Notes under the pieces: generated by a model
Databases searched by the model: none
What the model saw: the letters and a program-made list of their open reading frames with translations, nothing else
Told to the model about the DNA's origin: nothing
Made by a program: the position numbers and the translations under genes
Shown here: in pieces, positions 51,148 through 60,472 of the stretch
How the letters are laid out: every line of letters begins with the position of its first letter
Position numbering within the stretch: position 1 is the stretch's first letter
DNA from: Candidatus Babelota bacterium
GTDB taxonomy: Bacteria; Babelota; Babeliae; Babelales; CAIQNR01
Direction: 5' to 3'
NCBI GenBank assembly: GCA_965658655.1
Contig: CBFHTA010000001.1
Span: 457,005-521,004, forward strand
DNA: 64,000 nucleotides

Positions 51148-51157
51148 GTTAGTAAGC

Positions 51158-51203
51158 TAACAAATAAAAAGCCTCGAAGGAATTCGAGGCTTTTTATTTG
51201 TTA
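51158..51203. terminator. Bidirectional terminator (21-bp perfect stem)
   Basis: TAACAAATAAAAAGCCTCGAA-ggaa-TTCGAGGCTTTTTATTTGTTA. Confidence 0.85.
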
Positions 51204-51239
51204 TGCTTAGATATTTTTTAGTAGATTATTATCGTTTTT

Positions 51240-52034
51240 TCATCGTAAAGTATAATGTTTTTTCGCGACTTTGCCTTTGTAAGTAAAGATTAAAGTAGCT
51301 TTTTTCCCTCGAGGAGTTGCTTTAAGCACCTGCACGGTGTAACCATAAAGGGGAGATTTTATGATTTTAATAAATTCCTTATCTTGGCTTGTAATGGTTA
51401 CGCCAGGAGGTACTGTATATGGTTCTGGTGATTCACCGACACTCGGTAATTGCAAGTGATTATTTTTTACCCAACCAAGCGCGTTTACATGAATTATTGC
51501 TGTATTTGATGTGCCATCATTATAGGTAAAAGTTACTTTATGTTTTCCTTCCCGTAAAAAAGTTACATTCACCCCTGGAGACTTTTTATTTGAACCATTG
51601 AACATGTTTTGACTGCTTTTTTTAATGCTGTAACTGTTAGGTGTAATGTCTATTTTTTTAATGAGATAATAATTTGGAATGAAAAATTGTTGATTTGGAA
51701 CAGAGAATTTTTGGTTCATCTGTATAAAAACATTTTGAGGGGTTTCGTAATAAACGTGTCCTTGAATTTCATTGGTCTGATTATTATGGGAAATAACTTT
51801 TGCCCTATAGGGTCCTGGTGAAATACCAACGAGACTTAAGCCAGAAGCAGTGAGCCCTTTTTCTATCTGTGCTTTAACATGCTTTTTTCCAGAAATAATC
51901 TGTATGCTTTTTGGGTTTCCAAAACTCGTAGGCATTCCAATTGTTATGTTAGTAGGAGGCTTTATTGGTTTAGAAATTCCGTTAAGATTGAGAATTGTAA
52001 GACAGAGCGTGTTGATTAATAACATTTTTTTCAT
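51240..52034 (-). CDS. Secreted basic beta-rich (Ig-like?) protein
   Basis: Signal peptide; three beta-rich segments containing G.Y/H.V motifs. Confidence 0.6.
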   Translation of the reverse strand: MKKMLLINTLCLTILNLNGISKPIKPPTNITIGMPTSFGNPKSIQIISGKKHVKAQIEKGLTASGLSLVGISPGPYRAKVISHNNQTNEIQGHVYYETPQNVFIQMNQKFSVPNQQFFIPNYYLIKKIDITPNSYSIKKSSQNMFNGSNKKSPGVNVTFLREGKHKVTFTYNDGTSNTAIIHVNALGWVKNNHLQLPSVGESPEPYTVPPGVTITSQDKEFIKIIKSPLYGYTVQVLKATPRGKKATLIFTYKGKVAKKHYTLR

Positions 52035-52170
52035 AAGATCTCCTTTTTATGAAAAATTAAACGATTTTCTTGATTGTATCATGCTTGAGGAGGACAAAAA
52101 AAGAGTCTTGTTTTGTTAGTTTTTTTTTTGTTATTTTTAAGTGTTGTTTTTTATTCATAGGGGTTTTGAG

Positions 52171-52854
52171 ATGAAAAAAATGTTTTATAGTTTTGTTTTT
52201 CTTGCTGTATCGACGGTGCCTCTTTTTTCTCGCTATACTTTATCAACTTTGCCGTATGATTATGATGCATTAGAACCAGTTATTAGTGAAGAAATAATGC
52301 TTCTTCATCATAAAAAGCATGAACAGGGGTATGTAACAAATCTTAATGCAGCTTTAAGTAAACATCCAAATTTGTTTAAGAAAAGTTTAGATGATCTTTT
52401 ACAAGATCTTAGTGTTGTTCCAAAAGATATTCGAGATGTTGTTAGAAATCATGGAGGAGGGGTAAAAAACCATCAGGACTTTTGGAAGGTTATGACTGTT
52501 CCAGGTAAGCGTAAACCAACGGGTCGTTTATTAAAAAAAATAAAAACAGCATTTGGAAGTTTTAGTAACTTTAAAGCTGCTTTTGAGAAGAAAGCAAAAC
52601 AGCATTTTGGTAGTGGTTGGGTGTGGCTTTGTATGAATTCTAAAGGACAACTTTTTATTGCTACTACTAAGGATCAAGATACCCCACTGTCTGAAGGGAA
52701 TTATCCTTTGTTGGGGTTAGATCTTTGGGAACATGCTTATTATTTGAAATATCATAATAAACGTTCGAATTATGTTTCTGCATGGTGGAGTGTAGTTAAA
52801 TGGAAACAGGTAGAAGCTAACTATAAAGATGCTTTACGTAAAAACAATCTTTAA
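52171..52854 (+). CDS. Signal-peptide-bearing Fe/Mn superoxide dismutase
   Basis: MKKMFYSFVFLAVSTVPLFS plus a SOD domain (LPYDYDALEP, NHGGG, DLWEHAYY). Confidence 0.92.
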   Translation: MKKMFYSFVFLAVSTVPLFSRYTLSTLPYDYDALEPVISEEIMLLHHKKHEQGYVTNLNAALSKHPNLFKKSLDDLLQDLSVVPKDIRDVVRNHGGGVKNHQDFWKVMTVPGKRKPTGRLLKKIKTAFGSFSNFKAAFEKKAKQHFGSGWVWLCMNSKGQLFIATTKDQDTPLSEGNYPLLGLDLWEHAYYLKYHNKRSNYVSAWWSVVKWKQVEANYKDALRKNNL

Positions 52855-52952
52855 GATTTTTTTAAAAAATTTTCTTGTAAGAGGTTGTTATTTTTTTTGA
52901 GAATACGCTACACTGCAACTTACGTTTAACCGTTATTCATGGAGAAAATAGA

Positions 52953-53690
52953 ATGAAACTCTTTCTCGGAAATTCGCTTTGGCATTTAGTAGCACAAGCC
53001 GATAGCATGACCAAGATGGTTCTTGGAGTGTTATTGTTTGCTTCTGTTGTATGCTGGACGATTATTTTATACAAACTTGTACTTCTTAATATTAAACATA
53101 AACAACTTAAAACATCACTTAAAAAAGCAAGGAAAGTAACTTCTTTGGAAGCGCTTCTAGATCTTGCAAATGCAAATACCAAAACGTTCCCAGGTCATTT
53201 AATTGCAGAACAACTAAACGCAACTAAAGAGATGTTGGAACATAAAAAACTCATTACTTCTGATGACAAAACTGTGCTCGAAGATCAACGCTTTTCAGTT
53301 ATTGATGATATGGTACACCAAGAAAATTCTTATCTATCTATTCTATCGGTAACGGCTGCTGTTTCACCATTGCTTGGTTTGTTTGGAACCGTGTGGGGTT
53401 TAACACATTCATTTATTAGTATCAGTGAAAAACAAGCGGCTGACATTGTTACCATTGCTCCTGGTATTGCAGAAGCGTTATTGACGACACTTGGTGGTTT
53501 GATGGTCGCTATTCCTGTTTCTATTATGTACTACTTTTTACGAGAGCAGGTTTCAAGTGTTGAACATCAATTAAATCAGCTTTCTGATAGATTGGCGATT
53601 GTGGTACAAAAAGTATTTATAGATGGAAAGGAAACACGTGAAGTCTCGACGATATCGAAGAAAAGGACTGAAGGAACAGTCGTTTCCTGA
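52953..53690 (+). CDS. tolQ: TolQ/ExbB proton channel protein
   Basis: SPLLGLFGTVWG, IAPGIAEALLTT. Confidence 0.9.
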   Translation: MKLFLGNSLWHLVAQADSMTKMVLGVLLFASVVCWTIILYKLVLLNIKHKQLKTSLKKARKVTSLEALLDLANANTKTFPGHLIAEQLNATKEMLEHKKLITSDDKTVLEDQRFSVIDDMVHQENSYLSILSVTAAVSPLLGLFGTVWGLTHSFISISEKQAADIVTIAPGIAEALLTTLGGLMVAIPVSIMYYFLREQVSSVEHQLNQLSDRLAIVVQKVFIDGKETREVSTISKKRTEGTVVS

Positions 53691-54069
53691 AATTAGTCTT
53701 ACACCGTTAATTGATACTGCTCTTACGCTTTTAATCATCTTTATGGTAACTACTCCAATGCTTAAGAAAGAAAACGCATTGCAAGTTGAGTTGCCTAAAG
53801 GAAAAATGAAAGAGATTGACGACAGCAAAGAACAAGAGATTACTATTGCAATAGATAAATCTGGTAAATTTTCTTTTAACGATAAGATTATAAAAGAAAA
53901 AGAAGTTCTTGAGAAACTTAAAGTGCAGGTGGGCAAAAAGTCTGACCGCACAGTGTTTGTAAAAGCTGACACAGCAGTGCATTACGGTAAAGTGTTGGAG
54001 CTGGTAGACAAAATAAAGCATGTGTCAGGAGTGCGGTATGTTGCTTTGGCTACGGCAAAGATTACCTAA
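53623..54069 (+). CDS. tolR: TolR/ExbD
   Basis: EISLTPLIDTALTLLIIFMVTTP; KAD..V.YG. Confidence 0.9.
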   Translation: MERKHVKSRRYRRKGLKEQSFPEISLTPLIDTALTLLIIFMVTTPMLKKENALQVELPKGKMKEIDDSKEQEITIAIDKSGKFSFNDKIIKEKEVLEKLKVQVGKKSDRTVFVKADTAVHYGKVLELVDKIKHVSGVRYVALATAKIT

Positions 54070-54883
54070 AAAAAATCTGTTTCTTTTTAAACTTTCTATT
54101 CTTTCTGCGGTAACACATTTTATACTTTGCTTCGGCTTCTTTTTTATGTACAAAGAGTATCATCATTCTCTGTTACTTCAGGTTCATGCAAAGCATAATC
54201 CAGATGATGTTAAAGTCCGCTTGTTGCCGCTTTCTGCTAAAAAACCACGTGTACGTGTGGCAAAACGTGCTATAGGTATTGCCAAGAAAAAAGTAGCAAA
54301 AAAAACAGTGGTTAAGAAGAAGACTATGCAGCTCGCTCAAGTTGCAAAACCAAAGCCTGTTAAGGTTACTTCAAAGGTTGAGCCTAAGCAAATCGCAAAG
54401 AAGGTAGAGAAAAAGACAACGCCAAAAGAAGACCTCAAACCTAAACCAGTAGAAAAGAAAGAAATTAAACCGGTAGAAAAGAAACAAGAAGTAAAAGCAG
54501 AACCAGTTAAAGAATCTCCAAAAGTTGAACCTAAGAAAGTAGAATCAAGTAAGCAAATAAAAGAAGAAATAAAAATAGATCCGGTGGAAGAAGTTGAAGA
54601 AAATGTGCGGTATGTAACACACAAAGAACTGCGAGGTATAGAGCTTGAAAATGCAGTGCAAGCTGCTGTGCAAGAAGTGTGGAGTCCACCGCTTGGAGTT
54701 GATCAGGAAGTGGTGAGTGAAGTTTTAGTGACGGTGGGTTGGGATGGTAAACTGGCAGAAAGTAAAATGTTAAAATTGTCTGATATTGTAATTTACGATG
54801 TTGCTGTTCAAGAAGCGCTGGAAGATATTAAGTTTCCACGTCAAATATGGGGCAAGGAGATTAAAATAGCATTCAGACCATAA
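54038..54883 (+). CDS. tolA: TolA-like envelope integrity protein
   Basis: TM with SAVTH; K/E/P-rich stalk; W.PP C-domain; lies between tolR and tolB. Confidence 0.78.
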   Translation: MLLWLRQRLPKKNLFLFKLSILSAVTHFILCFGFFFMYKEYHHSLLLQVHAKHNPDDVKVRLLPLSAKKPRVRVAKRAIGIAKKKVAKKTVVKKKTMQLAQVAKPKPVKVTSKVEPKQIAKKVEKKTTPKEDLKPKPVEKKEIKPVEKKQEVKAEPVKESPKVEPKKVESSKQIKEEIKIDPVEEVEENVRYVTHKELRGIELENAVQAAVQEVWSPPLGVDQEVVSEVLVTVGWDGKLAESKMLKLSDIVIYDVAVQEALEDIKFPRQIWGKEIKIAFRP

Positions 54884-54896
54884 AGAAAGTAGTAAT

Positions 54897-56168
54897 ATGA
54901 AGAAGCTTTTATTAATAGCACTTACACTCTTTACACTTAATGCGAAGCCTCTTCGTGTACAAGTTGGTTCAAAGGTTGCTCAAAAAACTAGAATTGCGCT
55001 TGTTCCATTGGGAGAAAGTAAAACATTGCTGCAGGCAATTAGTGTTGTTAAAGATGATTTAGAATTCACTCATCAGTTTGACGTAGAGGTTATAAAGCAG
55101 GGTGCCGTAGGTTCAAAGCAGGTTGTTAAACAGTTGCATAAAAAGGGCTATCCGGTTGCGATGTTTCTTTCAGAAAAGCCAGAAGAAGAATTTTCTGAAG
55201 TGCGTTTATATAATACACGTAAAGCAAAGATGATTAAGGGGTATAAGATTCCTTATGTTGCAACAATGCCTAGAAGTTGGGGACACACTATTGCCGATGC
55301 ATGTTTACCGATACTTACAGGTAAGGAAGGGTTCTTTTCTAGTAAATTAGCTTTCTATAAAGAAGAGGGTGATAAGAAGCAGATTTGTGTAGCTGATTAT
55401 AATGGAAAGGTGACTCGTCCATTGGTTCATCTTAAAAGAACTGCCGTTGCGCCACGCTGGAATAATGATTCAGAGAATCCTTTAGTTTTATATTCGGAAT
55501 ATACTCCTGTTAACGTGCGATTAATGTCTACGAACCTCCAAGGTAAAAAACAAGTTGCAGTAAATTTCGATGGTCTCAATATGCTTCCTTCGTTCTCAGA
55601 AGATGGTAGCGAAGTGGTAATGTGTTTGTCGCAGAATGAAAACACTCAGATTTATTCTTATGGATACAATAAAAAGAGCGGTGAACCAACTTATACACAG
55701 CTAACTCATAATGATGGTAATAATATTTCACCAACTCTTATGGAAAATGGTGATGTTGTTTTCTGTTCAGATTATCAAAGAGGAAAACCTCAAATTTATC
55801 GATTAAAGCGTAAGCGGGGGTCCATTAAACGTTTGAGTGTGGGTGGATCTTGTTATAATCCTGCCTATTCTGTCGTTGCTCAAAAAGTGGCTTATTCTCA
55901 AATGGTAGAAGGAACAGCACAAATTATGGTGTATGATTTTAAAACTAAAAAAGAGAAACAGGTAACTAAAGGGCACGGGCATAAAATGGAATGCTCATGG
56001 TCTCCTTGTGGAAACTATTTGGCATTTTCTTATGAAGCAGGAAAACAAAAAAGAATCGCAGTCCACAGTCTTTTAACGAATAAGAGACGTTATCTTACTT
56101 CTGCTACTCAGCGGTGTAGTTTTCCTTCTTGGTCTATCAACTACTCACGCTTTCCGTACAAAGCCTAG
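54897..56168 (+). CDS. tolB: TolB beta-propeller protein
   Basis: TolB_N-like region and PD40 repeats (PSFSEDG, WSPCG, PSWS). Confidence 0.88.
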   Translation: MKKLLLIALTLFTLNAKPLRVQVGSKVAQKTRIALVPLGESKTLLQAISVVKDDLEFTHQFDVEVIKQGAVGSKQVVKQLHKKGYPVAMFLSEKPEEEFSEVRLYNTRKAKMIKGYKIPYVATMPRSWGHTIADACLPILTGKEGFFSSKLAFYKEEGDKKQICVADYNGKVTRPLVHLKRTAVAPRWNNDSENPLVLYSEYTPVNVRLMSTNLQGKKQVAVNFDGLNMLPSFSEDGSEVVMCLSQNENTQIYSYGYNKKSGEPTYTQLTHNDGNNISPTLMENGDVVFCSDYQRGKPQIYRLKRKRGSIKRLSVGGSCYNPAYSVVAQKVAYSQMVEGTAQIMVYDFKTKKEKQVTKGHGHKMECSWSPCGNYLAFSYEAGKQKRIAVHSLLTNKRRYLTSATQRCSFPSWSINYSRFPYKA

Positions 56169-56273
56169 GTAAATGGTCGACAGGGCTTGGCCCTTTTTAT
56201 ATACTAAACAACTTGTGGGGAAAATAGGAAGGGACATTCTGGTGCTAAAGCCGCAAATTGACCTAGGGAATTT

Positions 56274-58094
56274 ATGAAAAAACAGAAAAACAGATTTGGA
56301 TCGGGTGGTCCACGCAATATTCTTATCGTTGTTGTTGTTATGCTACTTAGTTTAGTTATTTTAACCAAATTGGTTGATGACACACGCGATAAAGAAGAGT
56401 TTAAATACTCTCAGTTTATGAACCTAGTTGAGGGTAAAAAGGTGAAAAGCGTTGCTATAGATGGTTCTTTGGTTAAAGGTATAACTAAAGATAATAAACG
56501 CTTTGAAGTTGTTGCTCCAACAGATCACTCATCATTAGAAATATTACGTAAGAATGGTGTAGAAATTGCACTTGCGAATGCAGCGGTTCAAACTAATATC
56601 TGGCATATTTTATTGTTGCTCTCCTTTGTCGTTGGTCTTGTAGGGATTTGGTATTTGTTTAGACAATCTCGTGGCCAAGGTGGTGGTGGCGGTGGAAACA
56701 TTTTTACTATGGGTAAAAGCCGTGCGAAGATGTTTATGCCTTCTACTATTAAAGAAAAGTTTACAGACGTTGCTGGTGCTAACGAAGCAAAAGAAGAACT
56801 TGAAGATGTTGTAGATTTTTTAAAGAACCCAGAAAAATATAAAAAAATTGGTGCAAAGATTACTCGAGGAGCTCTTTTGGTAGGTTCTCCGGGTAATGGT
56901 AAAACATTATTAGCGCGTGCAGTTGCAGGTGAAGCTAACTGTCCATTCTTTAGTATTAGTGGTTCAGATTTTATAGAAGTATTTGTAGGTGTAGGTGCAT
57001 CGCGTGTGCGTGATCTTTTTGCGCAAGCTCGTAAGCATGCTCCAAGCATTATTTTTATCGACGAAATTGATGCAGTTGGTCGTCAGCGTGGAAGCGGGTT
57101 AGGTGGAGGTCACGATGAACGTGAACAAACATTAAACCAATTACTTACAGAAATGGACGGATTTGAAACAGCCAAAGAATCTGTTATTGTTCTTGCGGCA
57201 ACTAATAGACCAGATGTATTAGACAGCGCACTGTTGCGTCCTGGTCGATTCGATCGACGCGTTGAAGTGCCTTATCCAGATTTAATTAGCCGTGAGCAAA
57301 TTTTAAAAGTACATGCTAGAAATGTAAAAGTAGATCCAGATCTTGATCTTAAAAAAGTGGCACGTGGAACTCCTGGATTCTCTGGTGCAGATCTTGCAAA
57401 CTTAATAAATGAAGCTGCAATTATAGCTTCTAAAGGTGATGAGCAAAAAGTCACTATGAACGATATTGAAGAAGCGCGAGATAAAGTACTTCTTGGTAAA
57501 GAGATTAAAACTATGGTGCTTTCAGAAGAAGAGCGTCGCATGACTTCGTTCCATGAATCAGGACATGCGCTTGTACGGCTCTTGCTGCCAGAAGTTTCTG
57601 ATCCACTTCATAAAGTAACGATTGTTCCTCGTGGTCGTGCGCTTGGGGTAACACATTCATTGCCTGAACGAGAAAAGTATTCAACAACTAAAGAAGAAAT
57701 GTTGGCGACTATTAAGTCTGCTTTGGGTGGGCGAATTGCCGAAGACATAGTGTTTAATAAAGTTTCTACTGGAGCGTATAGCGATTTTCAAGCAGCAACG
57801 AGTATTGCGCGCGACATGGTCTGTCGTTACGGTATGTCAGATAAACTTGGTCCTATTGTGTACTCTCAACAACAGGGTGATTTTGTTTATTCTCAAGAAA
57901 CAGCACATAAGATTGATGAAGAAGTTCGTCGTATCATTGAAGAATGCGAAAAAGAAGCTACACAATTATTGAATGATAATCGAGACAAGTTGGATAAGCT
58001 TGCTGAGACATTGCTTGAAAAAGAAACAATGTATGCAGGTGAAATTTACACATTGCTTGATATTGAATCTCGTGAAGACCATAAGCTAACTTAA
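56274..58094 (+). CDS. ftsH: ATP-dependent zinc metalloprotease FtsH
   Basis: Two TMs; [21 protein letters not shown]. Confidence 0.98.
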   Translation: MKKQKNRFGSGGPRNILIVVVVMLLSLVILTKLVDDTRDKEEFKYSQFMNLVEGKKVKSVAIDGSLVKGITKDNKRFEVVAPTDHSSLEILRKNGVEIALANAAVQTNIWHILLLLSFVVGLVGIWYLFRQSRGQGGGGGGNIFTMGKSRAKMFMPSTIKEKFTDVAGANEAKEELEDVVDFLKNPEKYKKIGAKITRGALLVGSPGNGKTLLARAVAGEANCPFFSISGSDFIEVFVGVGASRVRDLFAQARKHAPSIIFIDEIDAVGRQRGSGLGGGHDEREQTLNQLLTEMDGFETAKESVIVLAATNRPDVLDSALLRPGRFDRRVEVPYPDLISREQILKVHARNVKVDPDLDLKKVARGTPGFSGADLANLINEAAIIASKGDEQKVTMNDIEEARDKVLLGKEIKTMVLSEEERRMTSFHESGHALVRLLLPEVSDPLHKVTIVPRGRALGVTHSLPEREKYSTTKEEMLATIKSALGGRIAEDIVFNKVSTGAYSDFQAATSIARDMVCRYGMSDKLGPIVYSQQQGDFVYSQETAHKIDEEVRRIIEECEKEATQLLNDNRDKLDKLAETLLEKETMYAGEIYTLLDIESREDHKLT

Positions 58095-58858
58095 TGAATC
58101 TTAAAGATATACAGCCAGCAGTTGAACAGGCGGTAAAAGAATCTGGAAAGATACTTTTATCTTACTTTAATACTTCTTTAGAAAAATATCATAAAGTAGA
58201 TGGTAGCTATGCTACTGATGCAGATGTAGCAAGTGAACAATACTTGCTAAAAGCTTTGGGTAAGATTATGCCAGAAGCAGGTTTTTACGCCGAAGAGTCT
58301 GGTGTTTCTAATTCGAGTGAATATATGTGGGTTATTGACCCATTAGATGGTACCACTAACTTTGCTCAAGGGATCCCTTATTTTTGTGTGTCGGTAGCTT
58401 TAACTCGTAACGATGAGCGAGTTTTAGGGGTTATCTATCAACCAACTACAAAAGAACTTTTTTTGGCCATTAAAGGCTTGGGGGTTACTTTAAACGGTAA
58501 AGCTATACAAGTTTCTGAGCAAAAAGACTTCTCTAAAGCAGTTATTGGTTGTTCTCTAACTCATACGGTTGATTATAGGTTTTACAATATGATCACTGAG
58601 CTTGAGCCTAAAATTTATTCCGTACGTTTAATGGGAGCTTCGGCACTTGATATGGCTTATTGTGCAGTAGGAAGACTCGACGGAGCCTTTTTTGGGCAAT
58701 TGTGCTGGTGGGATATTGCAGCTGGTTCTCTTATAATAGAAGAGGCTGGAGGTAAGGTATCTACTCGTGATCAACAGATTCTTACTAACCAAGCACGCTC
58801 TCTAATAGCCGGCCCTGAGCTTATTTATAGAGGATTATGCTCTGTAATAAAGTCTTAG
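58094..58858 (+). CDS. suhB: Inositol monophosphatase family protein
   Basis: WVIDPLDGTTNF, WDIAAG. Confidence 0.9.
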   Translation: MNLKDIQPAVEQAVKESGKILLSYFNTSLEKYHKVDGSYATDADVASEQYLLKALGKIMPEAGFYAEESGVSNSSEYMWVIDPLDGTTNFAQGIPYFCVSVALTRNDERVLGVIYQPTTKELFLAIKGLGVTLNGKAIQVSEQKDFSKAVIGCSLTHTVDYRFYNMITELEPKIYSVRLMGASALDMAYCAVGRLDGAFFGQLCWWDIAAGSLIIEEAGGKVSTRDQQILTNQARSLIAGPELIYRGLCSVIKS

Positions 58859-58866
58859 ATTTGGGA

Positions 58867-58894
58867 TTGCTAAAAAGGTCGAATCTGGTATACT
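58867..58894 (+). promoter_or_regulatory. rpmB-rpsT promoter
   Basis: TTGCTA-16 nt-TATACT preceded by TCTGG. Confidence 0.6.
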
Positions 58895-58960
58895 GTTAGC
58901 TTAAATCCTCCCATTATCATAAGTTACATACATTGGTATGAGCATGAAAGGATAATAATT

Positions 58961-59164
58961 ATGTCTAGAATATGTTTTGTTTGTGGCAAGGGGCCACAAG
59001 TTGCGAACTGGTCTAGTAAAGCAAATAATAAAGTAAAACGCTGGGTGTACCCAAACGTACACAAGATGCGTTTTGTATTGGCTAGCGATTGCAAGAAAAA
59101 AGTGCATAACTCAAAAGTTTGTACTAAATGTGTCAAAGCTGATAAGGTTCAAAAAGTTATATAG
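58961..59164 (+). CDS. rpmB: 50S ribosomal protein L28 (Zn-binding type)
   Basis: MSRICFVCGK..S.ANNK.KR...PN...CTKC. Confidence 0.93.
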   Translation: MSRICFVCGKGPQVANWSSKANNKVKRWVYPNVHKMRFVLASDCKKKVHNSKVCTKCVKADKVQKVI

Positions 59165-59176
59165 GGTCAAGTTTAT

Positions 59177-59506
59177 ATGGCAAATATTAAGTCATCAAAA
59201 AAACGTGCTCGCCAAATGCTTGGCAGAAGACAAAAAAATCTAGCACGTACATCTGCGATTAAAACTGTAGTAAAAAAAGTTATGGATGCAATTAAAGCAA
59301 AAGATCATGCTGCATCAGTTACTTTATTTAAAGATGCAGAAGCGCAAATGTCTCGTGCAAAAGGTAAGAAAGTAATGCATGCTAAAACAGCTTCTCGTAA
59401 GATTAGTCGTTTAGCAAAAAAGGTTGCGGCTCTTTCAAAAGAAGCTAAACCTGCAGCTGCTAAAAAAGCTGCTCCAAAAAAGAAAGCAGCAGAAGCTGCT
59501 AAGTAA
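59177..59506 (+). CDS. rpsT: 30S ribosomal protein S20 with basic C-terminal tail
   Basis: MANIKSSKKR, H.KTASRKISRL. Confidence 0.95.
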   Translation: MANIKSSKKRARQMLGRRQKNLARTSAIKTVVKKVMDAIKAKDHAASVTLFKDAEAQMSRAKGKKVMHAKTASRKISRLAKKVAALSKEAKPAAAKKAAPKKKAAEAAK

Positions 59507-59512
59507 GAAAAA

Positions 59513-59567
59513 TTTTTAGACGCGTTGATTTCTTTCTTCGCGTCTTTTTTTCTTTTCTCTTAATTCC
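59513..59567. repeat. 55-bp direct repeat, left copy (duplicate of the mrdA 3' end; contains a terminator hairpin)
   Basis: 53/55 identical to 60418-60472; AGACGCG/CGCGTCT stem plus T-run. Confidence 0.92.
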
Positions 59568-59674
59568 TTTCATATTCGTCAATAGCTCTGGGTTAGAGAG
59601 TTTTGATTTTAATTTAAAAATATTCTATAAGTAGGGAGCGATTTTTCGATTTTCCTTATAGAAAGGTTTTTTAA

Positions 59675-60118
59675 ATGAAAGAAAAATTTCCTCTAATAAT
59701 ATTGTTATGTTGTTCTATGAATATTTCTTATTCAGCAAGTGTCCCAGTTTCTATTCTTGCAAAAATAGGAGTATCATTTGGGCCGGCCGGGCAAGTAGGA
59801 GCTTTTTTTGGTCCAGTAACTTTTGTAGGTGGGTTAGCTCTTGGTAGTTTTGTAACATTATTGAAAGGGAAAAAGAGTGTTAATAATGCACAAGCTCCAG
59901 GAGTGCCGACAGTACAAGACGGGTTTGTTCCTCCAAAGAGGTGGGACGGAAAAAAACATAGACATCCGATTAATGGAAAAGTTGGCTATCCTGATAAAAA
60001 AGGTAATATATGGGTTCCTACAGGTCCTGGTCCCCTTGCGCATGGAGGTCCGCATTGGGATGTGCAGACTCCTGATGGAAGAGCTAAAAATGTTTATCCT
60101 GGTGGAAAGGTAAGATAA
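59675..60118 (+). CDS. Secreted polymorphic toxin, Ntox37-like predicted RNase domain
   Basis: Signal peptide, Gly-rich hydrophobic linker, C-terminal DGFVPPKRWDG...GYPDKKGNIWVPTG...HGGPHWDVQ...NVYPGG recalled as typical of toxin-37 domains. Confidence 0.72.
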   Translation: MKEKFPLIILLCCSMNISYSASVPVSILAKIGVSFGPAGQVGAFFGPVTFVGGLALGSFVTLLKGKKSVNNAQAPGVPTVQDGFVPPKRWDGKKHRHPINGKVGYPDKKGNIWVPTGPGPLAHGGPHWDVQTPDGRAKNVYPGGKVR

Positions 60119-60412
60119 GTGAATACTACTACTCTCATTTGTAAAGATATATTTTTTTATTCTGACTTAGACGAAGCAGTTTTTTTTGAATGGATTAAAA
60201 AAATTCCTTCTATTCAAGATTGTAAAGGTGTGGCAGATGAACTTCATTTAGATGTTCAGATAGGTATGAGTGATCATGCATTACGAAACCTTATTGCACT
60301 TTTTTCTCGTTATGCAATTGAGATGAATGATTTGAAGCAATTTGTAACGGATGAGAATAGGCAATGGTTTCAGAATGAAAAAGCGTACTGGTATTCGAAT
60401 ATTTTTCAGTAA
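60119..60412 (+). CDS. Probable cognate immunity protein
   Basis: Small acidic ORF with no signal peptide, starting immediately after the toxin stop. Confidence 0.65.
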   Translation: MNTTTLICKDIFFYSDLDEAVFFEWIKKIPSIQDCKGVADELHLDVQIGMSDHALRNLIALFSRYAIEMNDLKQFVTDENRQWFQNEKAYWYSNIFQ

Positions 60413-60417
60413 AAAAG

Positions 60418-60472
60418 TTTTTAGACGCGTTGATTTTTTTCTTCGCGTCTTTTTTTCTTCTCTCTTAATTCC
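60418..60472. repeat. 55-bp direct repeat, right copy (mrdA 3' end)
   Basis: Matches 59513-59567. Confidence 0.92.

Noticed and set aside
56588..57541. Long antisense ORFs within ftsH (similar ones in gyrB, pyrG, recJ, mrdA and tolR)
   Set aside because: Typical antisense shadows of conserved genes
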